Assembly (NCBI RefSeq): GCF_006345805.1
Contig: NC_043003.1
Coordinates: 86,366,001 to 86,430,000, forward strand
From: Octopus sinensis
Lineage: Eukaryota
Length of the DNA: 64,000 nucleotides
Reading direction: 5' to 3'
Part shown: positions 52,260 to 64,000 of the stretch, one piece after another
Layout: each line of letters starts with the position of its first letter
Numbering within the stretch: position 1 is the first letter of the stretch
Position numbers and translations under genes: made by a program
The notes under the pieces: generated by a model
What the model saw: only the letters and a program-made list of their open reading frames with translations
Databases searched by the model: none
Told to the model about the DNA's origin: nothing

Positions 52260-55200
52260 CATTTATAAAATGTCCCAATGGCCTGCGCAGGACGTATCTC
52301 CTGATAGCCAAGCACGACTCCTTTGCCAAACCAGCAGAAGAGTGGGAAAAGGCGAGTATCTGGCACCTTCAAATAACCAGTGCTACGGGTAACTGTACTC
52401 GTTAGTCTTAGAGGGTAAGCAGCCTAGGAGAAGGTACACTCTGAGTTCAAAAGCATCCTAGAAGGAATACTCTGAGTTCACCACCGATAGTATCTCGATG
52501 AAAATACCGGTTGGTAGTAACCTACCAACACAAATGTGAGTGAAAATGCCAAGCAAAATACATGACGATAACTGTGTGTACGGGACTGGAACCAATGGTG
52601 AAAGTACTGCACCCAGCAGGTGCCGCACTATGCATCAGAGTGGGTCCGGTCATAATTCAAACACTACTAGCCATGCTACATGATGGAAGTGGAGTAAACA
52701 AGTAAACATGATGGTTATGGGATGTTACTACCGGAGCATTCCAGTAGATGCGAATGGCGTTCCTGTCAGAGGGTACAGAAAAGGAATGAATAGTGAATGG
52801 AAGGGAATGGGTCTGTTTGAAATTACTGAACAGAGATTATGTGATCAAGTATGAGCGATACGAAAGAATGGATGGCTAACAGAATTGGAGCTAGAATCTA
52901 TTAAAAGAAGGATATCGAGTGATGCTGGGCATACGAGAAATGAAAGTGGTATAGTGAAAGAGATGGACAATGTTTGTAAGAATGTACTACCATGGATTGT
53001 GAAAGAATTGAGATCAGTGACTACTCTAACAATGAAGATCGATTAATAATAGGCGGAATTTTGGATCTATTATATATAGAAGAGACAGAATCTATGTCAC
53101 TTGAAGAAGGCTAACGAATGGAGACTAAATCAATAGACGAATCAATAATGTATTGAGACACATTGGAACAAAGAAGATCAAAGAAAAAAGGTTTTATCAA
53201 GGCTGATAGTAGAATTATGGCAGAAAGGATGGGATTGAGAACTACTGAGAACAGAACAGACACGGATGGAGAAGGAAATAAAGAACCTTGGTGGAAAAAG
53301 AAAATTTCAGAAGATATAAACTCCTTTAACAGTGTAAATGTAGTGTCAATACATGTCAGGAAAACAAATGGAGAACTTAAGAATGAAAGGAAATTCGAAA
53401 AAGTCAGGAAGAAGTAAGGTGTCGATACAAAAGGCCTGAATGTTGTAACTGAATAACTCAAGCAGCGCATACTTGCAAAAAAAAAGTAGAGCTAACTAGG
53501 TCTGAGCAACCGATTAAGCAAATTCTGCAAAAGAAATTGTTTAGAACCAACTAATAAAGATTTTATCAAGATATTAATGAAGAGAAAAGAATGTGAAATA
53601 TTAGTCACTGATGCTGATGAAAGTCGACTTTTCTGGGGTAAGATATGGAGTAATGAAGAACAGCACAATACTACAGCTGAATGGCTCTGCAACCTGAAGT
53701 AAACAACTTCTTATACCCAGTAAGACGCTATCCACTTCACAAAAGGCAGTAACAGTAATATGAGCAAAAAGATAAGCAATTCTAAAGCAGCAGGACCTGA
53801 TGGTGGACAAGTATTTTGGAGAAAAAATTTCAATAGTTGCCATAAATTGATCACAGAGCAATTTAATGCATTGATCAATGGAGAAGAAGAAATCCGGGGT
53901 TGGTTGACAAAAGGACGAACAGTGTTGTGCCTGAAGGATGCATCAAAGGGAAATGCTGCTGACAATTACAGACCAATTTCTTGCCTGCCATTAATGAGGA
54001 GGTTTCTGTCAGGAGGAATATGCAGAAGAACTGTGCAAATTCCTTGATGAGAACGATATATTACCGACAAAACAAAAAACTGTAGAAGGAGATGCCAAAG
54101 ATTAATTGTTGTTAGACAAGATGGTAATGCAAGATTGTAAACGAATGAGAACACATTTGGGAAGGGCCTGCATTGACTATCGTAAAGCTAACGATATGAT
54201 TCCACATTCGTAGATCACCGAGGGCTTAAACCTGTTTGGAATTGCGAGGAATGTAACGTGTTTTTTTTAAGAAAAGTATGATGGGGTGGAAAACTGAACT
54301 GACATCTTACAGAAAAAGCTTGGGCATTTTGGGTATCAGAAGAGGGATTTTTTCAGGGTGATAGCTTATCTCCGTTGCTTTTGTTCTTTGCATGCTACCT
54401 CTGACCTTAGTAGTTAGAAAAATGAACCTGAGGTACCAACTAAAGGGAAAATCTCAAACAATCAAATACCTCCTCTTCATAGATGATTTGAAACTGTATG
54501 GCAAGGATGAGACACAATGACTTTCTTGGTGAACACGGTCCATTGTTTTAGTACTAATATTAGAATGGAATTTGGACTCAAGAAGTGCGGAATAATCTAC
54601 TTAAAAAGAGACAAGGTACAGTTCCTAGCAGAGATAGCATTACTGAATAGAGACTTGATTAAGCAAATTGAAACAGAAGACCTTAGTGTACTGGAATACA
54701 ACGAGATAAATGAAAGAGCAACTGAAGATGGAATATTTCCGAAGACTAAGATGTTGCGCTCAAAATTGACTGGATGGAATAAAACCTAGCAGTTGATACG
54801 TGGGCAATAGCATCATTTCGGTATGGAGCAGAATTATAAAATGGCAAAAGGGAGAAGTGATGAAAATGGATACCAAGACCTGAAAAATATTGACAATACA
54901 CGGAGCCTTCCACCCTAAGAGTGACACTGATAGGCTGTACTTATCCAGACGAAATAGTGGGAAAGGTCTGATTAGTTGTCAGGACTGTATCGAAACAGAG
55001 GAAAACAGCCTAGAGTGGTATATAAAAAATGCCGTGGGGCCATTGTTGAAATATTCGAAGAAGGCCAGCGTCATCAAAACTGATAATTTTGTAATGAAAG
55101 AAAAATTTAAAGAAGAAATGAACGTAAAAAAGGAACAGCATGGAAAGAGAAAACAATGTGCGGACAGTTTGTAAGAGATGTGAACGCCAAGACATATACA

Positions 55201-55978
55201 GAGGACCGGTCGCTATGGATGAGGAGGAGCGACCTGAAGATACATACAGAAGCACTCATATACTCATATGCGCAGCTCAAGAACAAGCGTTAAGGACTAT
55301 GTGAAGTGCAGAATAGACAACACTACCGACAGCGACAAATTCAGAATGTATGGTGAGAGGGGTGAAACGGTATGGCACATCGTTAGCGAATGTCCGAAAT
55401 TGGTACAACGCGAATACAAAAGACGCTATGGTAATGCGGCTGTGGAAAACACGTCCTACAAAGAGCAAAAACGTGGTATCAGCAGACTCCAGAAGGAGTC
55501 ACCGGGAATGAGAATTGCAAAACCCTGTGGGATGCAATGATTCTGTGCGGTACCCTGACTAGACATCGGAAACCGGACATTGATCTGATGAATAAAAAAG
55601 AAAGAACATGCATGATAATCGACATAGCATGCCCCGGTGACAACAAGAGCAATGTGAAAGAAGACAAAATAAACAGCTATGACGACTTGAAGTGGGAAAT
55701 ACGAAGGTTTTGGTCAATGAGGAGAGTAGACATGATACCAATCGTAATTGGCGCACTTGGAAGTAATCAGCATTTAACTACCAACATGGCTGAAAAAGAT
55801 TGGTGCAAGTGTGAAGGTAGTAGAACAACTAAAATTCAACAATACTTGGAACTGCAAGAATTATTCGCAGGCTTCTTGAAGGATGATCAGTAAACAAGTA
55901 TCGCCTTTGTCTGCTAGCTGTGGACAGCTGACACTTCCCATCATTCCCAGAAAAATAAGCTGTGAGTTTTCATCGCAT
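52260..55978 (+). mobile_element. Near-full-length decayed R4/Dong-type (RLE) LINE
   Basis: N-terminal WSKQVNMMVMGCYYRS..GYRKGM..ITEQRLCDQ..IRKNGWLTELELE; EPWWKKKI; KAAGPDG..WLTKGRTVLCLKD..NYRPISCLPL; FQGDSLSP; LFIDDLKLYGK; HPKSDTDRLYLSR; ETVWHIVSECPKL; RKPDI..IIDIACP..K..Y..L (RLE); IPIVIGALG. The 5' limit is approximate. Confidence 0.9.
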
Positions 55979-56167
<189 letters not shown>

Positions 56168-56325
56168 ATGCCCTGATGCAATCCCAGGTACTGGCTCTCA
56201 TGACATTTGAGCTTAATTGATTTGAAGTGATATCATGTACATGTTTTGTGTTGATATAGAAGATGGGCTATAGCAAATATTCTACTCAATACTACAGATT
56301 GGCTTCCCAGTTGCTTGACATTACT
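56168..56325 (+). mobile_element. Partial copy of the (AAT)n-associated element at 31618-32180
   Basis: ATGCCCTGATGCAATCCCAGGTACTGGCTCTCATG...GATGGGCTATAGCAAATATTCTACTCAATACTACAGATT matches the reverse complement of 32030-32180. Confidence 0.75.
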
Positions 56326-56686
56326 TGCTTTATCGACTCTGAAATGATGAAAGGTAAAATCAATCTTGGCAGAATTTGAACTAAGAACGTGGCAACAGAC
56401 AAAATGCCGCTATTCATTTCACCCGGCGTGCTAACGATTCTGCCAGCTCGCCGCCTTGGTAATATTAATATTTCTGGTTTCAACTTTTGGCACAAGGCCA
56501 GCACTTTCAGAGGAAGCGGTAAGTCAATTACATCAACCTGGTGCTAAACTGGTACTTATTTTACCGGCTCGGAGGTGATGAAAGGCGAAGTCGACCTCGA
56601 CTGGCTTTGAACTCAGAACGTAAAGACGGAGGAAATGCTGCTAAGCATTTTGTCCGGAGTGCTAACGATTCTGCCAGCTCGCTGCC
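56326..56686 (-). mobile_element. Two adjacent family B SINE copies (56326-56455 and ~56515-56686)
   Basis: Both end on the + strand with GCTAACGATTCTGCCAGCTCGC(C/T)GCC, the reverse complement of the SINE head. Confidence 0.8.
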
Positions 56687-57398
56687 TTGCATTACTATGT
56701 AAAAATCAGAGAAGTTTCAAAATCCCACTTTCTTTTTGTTTTTGATTATGAAAACATTATTACCAAAGTCAAAAACGCTATTTTGCTTTGTATATTCTTG
56801 TTTAACGCCAGGTAAACCCTGATTGAGCACACTTCTCATCGAAGACAATTAAAAGGTCATTATTCGTCTCTTGCAGAAAATGTAGGCTAACGTGATCTAT
56901 TGCCTTTTATTTTTTTACTTTTCTCAAGAGTAGGATATAAAACGAGGGTGATTTAACTGCTGTTTAACAAGTTATATTATTCTGTAGAAGCTGCCTTTTT
57001 GGCTCGAAAATTTGTACGATAGGGATGCATATCCAGTGATGTAAATACAAAATAAATTATAGAGAGAAAATGCCTATTGTTCTTTATCTTTGGATGAAAA
57101 TCATTATTCTTCACACTTGGTTGAGTGTCGATTATTGAATTTGCATCAATCAATAAGAGCAACATCCTATATCTTAAAATTTGTTGGCGTAATAGACATG
57201 CACATGCGCACACATACAGGTGCATATGTATAATAAATAGAGAGAGGTGATATATATACATACTGCATAATATAAATTCATACAGGCCTACACGCACGCG
57301 CATACACTCACACACAGGTGCGTGTGTGTGTGTGTATTTCTGTGTATCTATACATCATATCTGTATGAATGTGTGTGTGTGAATATATATAAATATAT

Positions 57399-57750
57399 GA
57401 GAAGTTTGCATCCCAACTACACGGTTCCAGGTTCAGTTCCACTGCGCAGCAACTTGAGAAACTATCTTCTCTAGCCTCGGGCCGACCAAAGCTTTTTGAG
57501 TGGATTTCGTAGACGGGAACTGAAAGAAGCCTGCATGTATGAGTGTTTTTGTGTGCTTGTGTCTATTTGCCCCACTACGGCTTGGTAACCGGTGTTGGTG
57601 TGCTTACGTCTCCGTAACTTAGCTGTTCGGCATCGGCATGAGAGTCCGATTGAACTTGCACCACGCATCGTAATAAATATGTTCTGAGTTCAAATCATTC
57701 GACTAAAATTCTTTGGGACGGTTTCTCAGCATGGCCGCTGTCTATAAACT
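57399..57750 (+). mobile_element. tRNA-derived SINE (family A), degenerate
   Basis: GGTTCCAGGTTCAGTTCCACTGCG, TAGCCTCGGGCCGACCAAAGC, CAGCATGGCCGC..ACTGAAACA match 34081-34504. Confidence 0.8.
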
Positions 57751-59741
57751 GAAACAGTGAAAAATAAAAGATGTGTGTGTGTGTATGTGTGTTTTTGTGT
57801 GTGTGTTTCAAACACGTATATGTATGAATATGTGTTCATGTATGTACGCTTTTGTATGCTTGTCTGTGAGTTTGTATGTGTGTGAGTTAAAGTAATTTGA
57901 ATCCTGTTCCGAATATTTTTATACCATTAGTCGTACATTTTTATACACAAAATCTGCTCTTGTATATCATTTGCAATTAATAACCAACGCTGCTGCTCAT
58001 TTCATATTAACCCTGCGTTGATAGCTGATGGATATAAACTCAGTGAAATGAAATTCAATGAGGATTTTCAATCTTTGCATACTTGTTGTAGCAAGCGAAT
58101 TCCTTCGGGCAACACTTATACTGATGTATTTCGAATCAGCTTACATTATATTCCTTTTAAATCAGCTTACATTACATTCCTTCCCATAGTGTATTGTAAT
58201 TCACCTCCAAACCCTCATTATTGCGGTTAAATATCATAGTCATAATAGCTTTTTTTTTAAATCAAATTCTTATATTCATATCAGAAGGTAGATATTTTGA
58301 AAAAGTGAAGTATTATGTTACGCATTTCAAATTGTTAAAAAATATTATTTACTTAGGTAAAGAGCACTAATGAAGATTCACCTGTTATCTCAAACAGATC
58401 AAGATGCCTCGTAGCAGCTCTATCGTTATTTCGAAATACTATTCGTTACTATTGGTAGAAATAAGAATTAGCTACATGAATTATGTATCTTGTTAAAGCA
58501 AACTTCTCAAAATATCGTTCATAAAATAAAGTCTCATACAGACAACATTCTCAAATGAGGATGATATTTCTAGATCCATGTGAAGGCTCCTTTGTCAGAT
58601 CCTCGATGTTATTGGTCTGTGAAGCGAAACGCTCCATTTTTAATGTAGGTTTGTTTAAAATATCGATATAGCAAATTGATGCGCACGCTTTGTTTAAACT
58701 ATTTGTTCAGATGTACATAAATTCTTTCTACTTCGTTTGTAAATTATTCATAGAATGTTTCATTCAATGGTGGATCACAACACTCATCTTCAGCTTCATT
58801 GAAAACATCTATATCTCATTCTCATTATCAGTATTCAACTAGAATATTGTCCACATTCAAATTTGAAAATGCCAGATGGTGAAGTTTTAAAAAACGCACA
58901 TGGAAAAGGAGTTTAAACTTCAAGAGTAAAACAGTCATATGAATGTTTAAAATTAAGGAGCCATTTTCCCACAATATAGATGCCCTCCCACAAACCCTTG
59001 TGCGATCGAAATTCGCTCTTAATACTAAAGTAATCCAGTTATTACTGATTTAGATTCTGATATGTCCTCGTGTTTTCTCAGAAATTAGTGTCCAACCACA
59101 AAGTATATCAGGCTTTTGTCGTGAAACATAGTTAAAGCAAATAAAATTGCATGTTCATTGTTACGTATTTTAAATAAAGCTACGCATAGCTTTTATTCGC
59201 GGTAATACAAATCAGACATGTTGCTTAGAAATTTTCAGAAAGTAAAAGTAACATTAGAATATAAATCAAGGAATAATGTACGTTGCTTGATTTGCATGAA
59301 ATTAAATTCCATTTTCGTGAATAGTTTCATCTTGTTTCGACCATTTACTTGACTAGAATATCATTCGTTGTTTGCTTGAGAATATTTTAAAGTTCTTTTA
59401 TTTGCTGAAACGGCTCTTGTTAGCACCATTTTCAACCTATGTGTTGCTGACTGTTTCTCATTATCTTTAGATATATAATTTCAACTTCTTAATGGTATTC
59501 ACCGACATTTCTTTCTTCAACTCAATACAAATTTAGGAAAAGCGTCATATTCAGAAAAAAGGAACTGCAAGAAATTCTCCTCAGGACAATGAAAGACAAT
59601 ACCAATGGAAACTCATTCCAGAGACTAAATCGAATTTTTATTTACCACTAAGTTTTGTTTCTTACTTATGTCGTCGTTATGCAAAGTCAATCGAACCTCT
59701 ACTAATCTATGGAGAGTTTACTGGTTTGTTTCCTCACACAG

Positions 59742-59830
59742 GTTTTACGTCAAGTTACGTTCACCTGGAGTTTGACCCGTTTTTTTAAAGCACTCCCCAT
59801 TAGTGTATTATATAGTAAAGAAGACAACAG
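59742..59830 (+). CDS. Candidate exon of an unidentified host gene
   Basis: TTGTTTCCTCACACAG acceptor, AG|GTGAAT donor, open frame (VLRQVTFTWSLTRFFKALPISVLYSKEDN); phase-compatible with 61817-61865. Confidence 0.25.
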
Positions 59831-60022
59831 GTGAATCTGTATGTAGTCACTCCACCAGCAAAATCTCTCTCACATCATCCCAAATGGCAACTTAATGAAA
59901 TATAATCCGAGTACTCTATGACTGAAAAAAAAAAAACATGGATAGCCTGGAATGGCTAGAATGTCGTCATAGTCCTTTAGATGAAGACCGAAAATGTTGC
60001 AGACAAACACAATAGCATAAAA

Positions 60023-60255
60023 GCGGCGAGCTGGCAGAAACGTTAGCACGCTGGGCGAAATGCTTAGCGGTATTTCGTCTGCCGTTACGTTCTGAGTTCA
60101 AATTCCGCCGAGGTCGACTTTGCCTTTCATCCTTTCGGGGTCGATTAAATAAGTACCAGTCATGGACTGGGGTCGATATAATCGACTTAATCCGTTTTTC
60201 AGTCCTTGTTTGCCCCCTCTGCTGTAGCCCCTTGTGGGCAGTAAAGAATAAATAA
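60023..60255 (+). mobile_element. tRNA-derived SINE (family B), best-preserved copy
   Basis: GCGGCGAGCTGGCAGAAACGTTAG (A-box-like), GAGTTCAAATTC (B-box-like), A-rich end. Confidence 0.85.
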
Positions 60256-61816
60256 CATAAAACTGTTACAATAAATTCGTGTTCATGTAATTTTAAACAA
60301 CGGCACATTTTTATCAATGTAGGAAGGGTTTAGATTATTTACAACGTTGAAATAAATTGCTGCATATGTGTTTATTCTAGTAACGTTTCTGGCGAAATTT
60401 TATCATAAACTATATTCATCATCTTTTATTTTTAATAATGGCTTATGTTAACTAGGCACATGCCTAAATTTCAAAGAATAGGGAGATTAACAATTATTAC
60501 GACCCCCACCCCCGAATATAACCGGTTTTAATTATATCGATGCAGCAGGATGTCAACTTAAACGCGTAGATAAAGTAAATTATTCCCAAGTCACAAATAA
60601 CAGATTTCGTAAAATGCTATTCAAATTGTCAAAGAATATTTAATTACACCACTTTATGATTCTGATTGAAATCCCACAGGTTCAACTCTTATTCCTATTA
60701 TCTCTGATCCCTTTTGATCGAAAACCTACCCCTTTTTATTTTTTGTTTTTATTTTTATTTTATTTTTTTATCTCCCCCAAAAAGAAAAGCTCTACTTTGT
60801 AATTTGAACCCTCTGTGTTCAGCCCCGTGTGGCTAATAAGGAAACATATCTCTGAAGTGTGGTCTCGTCAATGTGTGGTATACATGTTAGACAGAGAAGT
60901 ATATTTATTAGACAGCACAATCAATATCTATTATATTGTGTATAGAGAGACGATTAATGTAATCAATAGCTAAACTTTTAGCGAGTCGAGCACGAATTAT
61001 GGTATCCATCTGCAAACGTTAGTGTCGTACTTCAGAAAATCTACTGCGATCAAAGAAGTGTAAATTCCAAGTCATTTGTACTACTACTACTACCTGTAAA
61101 TAAAGTAGTATGATGGTATAAACTTATTATTTATTCATTTTCTCGTCTGAGTATTTCATCATATGTATTCAAGCGTCGATTTTCCTTCAGTTTCGTCTTG
61201 CCGATTGAATATTGTGGTAGGAATCTTAATTCTGTCGACGCTTGAACGAAACGTTAATAATAGTATTGTACATAAAAGTACATCATTAACTCTAATTGGC
61301 GCTCTTATTTTCATGCATGATAATTGAAAAAAATATTAATTCTTATGACTTTCTCTGCAGGACTTTCAGGAGCAACACCACATGTAAAACAAAGTCTATG
61401 CATTATTAATATAGCTTATCAAAAATCCAATCTTTTCTATAAATTAATGCATATAAAGCAAACAAAACTCTTACATCTACGATAATGAAAATGCAGATAT
61501 GTATTTTACTTGCTAAATATGCAATTTGTCCTAATAGATTTCAAGTTACATGTATTAAAGAGTTATCTTGAAGGCAACTGTGTGTTTTATAGAATATTTA
61601 AAATTATATCTGCCCTTGTATTTAGTGCTTTGAAATTTCACGCAGCAAAACAGTATTAAGTATTCTGCAAATTGTCGGATTTTCGGCCAACAACTTATGC
61701 TCTTTGATGATCCCAAAACTAGATAGTCTGTAATTACTTACTTAATAATTCAAAACTTCATTTGTATACTGACATTACAATAGCGAAAAGTAAAAAATTA
61801 TTTTGTGTTTGCTCAG

Positions 61817-61865
61817 TCTGGAGAAAGGGGTTTTGTCTATGAATCCCGTTGGCCCTTGGAAACCG
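61817..61865 (+). CDS. Candidate small exon
   Basis: TTTTGTGTTTGCTCAG acceptor and CG|GTGAGT donor flank 49 nt with two open frames (LEKGVLSMNPVGPWKP or SGERGFVYESRWPLET). Confidence 0.3.
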
Positions 61866-63922
61866 GTGAGTATGAGGTTATCAATATTCTATTTAAACTG
61901 TTGCTGTTTATTATTGCTAGAACTATTTGAGCTGGGAGGAGAATCTATAGAGCCAATGTTCGTGAGAGGAAGGACTGGGCATAGTTTACACGCACGAAGA
62001 ATGACGAGAGGTGGAAATACCAGTGTTTCTGGGCTTCATGAGTGGTGGATGTTAAGAAACTAGCCAGCAAGGATTGGCCATTATAGTAATACTATAAAAA
62101 CAGAACAGAGCGAGAGAGAGGATGGGAGGAAGAGGGAGAGGTAACTCTATGTCTGTAGATCAAAGGCTGTATTGTGCCCATATGTGATCGAATACCAATT
62201 ACTCGAGTGGCTCTTCACTAAACGAGACCCAGAATGTCGGTGTATGTAGTAGCAGCGCTGCCCTAAATTTAGGGTGTAATAGGAGTACTTCCTTGTAGGT
62301 TTCACTTTAGCCTCGTTGTTTGACTACGGTTGTTTGAGATTCAAACATATTCAAACATATTCTGGTGCTAAAGCGTGATCTTGGTTATGTGCAGGATGTG
62401 CTTTCGTCAGGATTTGTTTCTGTTTACTGATATCAATGTAATAATTTGAAGACATACAGATAAAGTAGAGAAACTATCTCGACAACTATTGTACTTTACA
62501 GTTTATAAAATTTAATAGTGAAGATATACATTTGAGGAGAAAGAAAATACAAAACAACTATCTTTAATATTGAGTTTAAAATTTATATATATATATATAT
62601 TTGAATGGAGATTAGACTATCTGGATAAAAGATTATTTTAATAATTATTTAATGCTATTTTGTGATTTAGCAAAACTTACAAGTATATCTTTTAGCGAAT
62701 CTTTTACAGTTGATACTTGAAATAAAAGAATGCTGCCTCAATAGAATGTCAACTTAACAACTGCTGCCCTTATAGTGTCACACACAAACTACAATTTATC
62801 TGGGCTTGATTTGTTCGCCGAAATAAGAAAGCATATCTCAATCGTTTTCAAAATGTCCTTTGGAGCGTAATGTGCTCTCCCAGAAACGTTTATCGTAATA
62901 TATTAAGAAAATGTCCTCACGTGATTCCCTCAAAACCCTGTGTGATAAAGGACTCACTAATCAGCAACTATATTGATGTAAACTATCTACGAGCGAGATA
63001 CTTAATTCCCATTGACAAGCGTGATAGCGTCGTATTGCTGAAGTACGATTTACACTTTGACGTTAATATATGTTATGATATGATTTTAACTTTTGAGTCA
63101 GGAGCAAACGTAGGGTGCAGGCCGAAAATACAATTTCGTATTTAAAATTTTTCATTCGGAGATTTACGATGCACAACTCTGTGTCAGGTAAAATGGTCAT
63201 ATAATGCAGAGAAATCATTTCCTTCTACAAATTTGCTTGAATGAGATTTGTATAAGAGCAGCATCAATCCCAGGTACAGATAATTAAAGAGTAAATGGAA
63301 CAAGTATTTTCAAATAAACAAACGTTAGCAATTGTTTTGTTTGTTATTTTTTTTTTTTTTGCGCTGTGACGATAAAGAGCACAAAATGACAATACTAATA
63401 CACATGTTTACTCTGTAAATTGTGTTACACTCAAATCAACTCAAATATTCAATTGAAAACTAAAATAAAGAGAGAAAATGCTGCATCAGAAAGATAATTA
63501 ACGGATCTGGCCTTCGAAATGTTCTATATTGTTTTTTTTTGTTTTTTTTTTTTTTGTTAATGGAAATCAGATTAAATTGCCGTATGGACTCTAGGTTTGC
63601 AGGTGTTTATTCATGTTTAATTAAATAATTTTCGTTCTAGTAAGCATCGAAAACATTTTCTAAAACTGAATAGTTTCCAGTTGCCTTACGTTTGAAGTAA
63701 ATATCTCGCTACTATAGATTTGACTTCGTAGAATTCTTCTGATAACGTTAAAATTATGTCAGCTATAGTAGAGATTTAAAAGTATAAATCCCTTACTCTA
63801 CAAATGAAACTTGTTATTAATAAAAAACAAAATCGATATTAGAAGTTTGAAGTAAGGTGATGGATCGATAGCATTTTGTATCAATTCATTATTTCGTGTT
63901 TAAATCTGAGTATTAATTTGGC

Positions 63923-64000
63923 TGGCTTGGGCATGTTAGCCGTATGAAAGATGGCAGCATCCCCAAGGACATACTCTACGGAGAGCTTGCTAAGGGTACT
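63923..64000 (+). mobile_element. 5'-truncated RTE-clade LINE, continuing beyond the window
   Basis: WLGHVSRMKDGSIPKDILYGELAKGT is the characteristic post-RT RTE motif. Confidence 0.8.

Noticed and set aside
58450-59650. Possible decayed coding relic on the minus strand
   Set aside because: Stop-ridden frames with no recognisable motif.
61880-62460. Possible Neptune-type PLE linker relic on the minus strand (CKLCP)
   Set aside because: Only one short motif; too degenerate to call.

Overview
AT-rich, microsatellite-dense animal non-coding DNA, most likely cephalopod/Octopus (inferred from the SINE families and repeat style, not confirmed by search). No host gene could be identified confidently; there are only a few candidate small exons. 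The window is dominated by retroelements. The main feature is an ~11.2-kb young Penelope-like element (PLE) at 34943-46181. It comprises an inverted terminal-repeat (pLTR) copy, a 3.3-kb direct pLTR, an RT + GIY-YIG ORF broken only by small indels, and a second pLTR. Each repeat copy carries a minimal type I hammerhead ribozyme, and both ends sit in (AT)n. Several older PLE lineages with hammerhead motifs are also present, including a ~460-bp palindrome with a hammerhead in each arm and a pLTR that carries a tRNA-like Pol III head. Other content: two R4/Dong-type (RLE) LINE relics, an RTE fragment, non-autonomous Helitrons, tRNA-derived SINEs, fold-back/MITE-like elements, and two tandem duplications (3.2 kb, and 1.4 kb with a chimeric unequal-crossover junction). 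Frequent 1-nt indels between repeat copies suggest long-read consensus errors. Most ORF-track entries are microsatellite artefacts.
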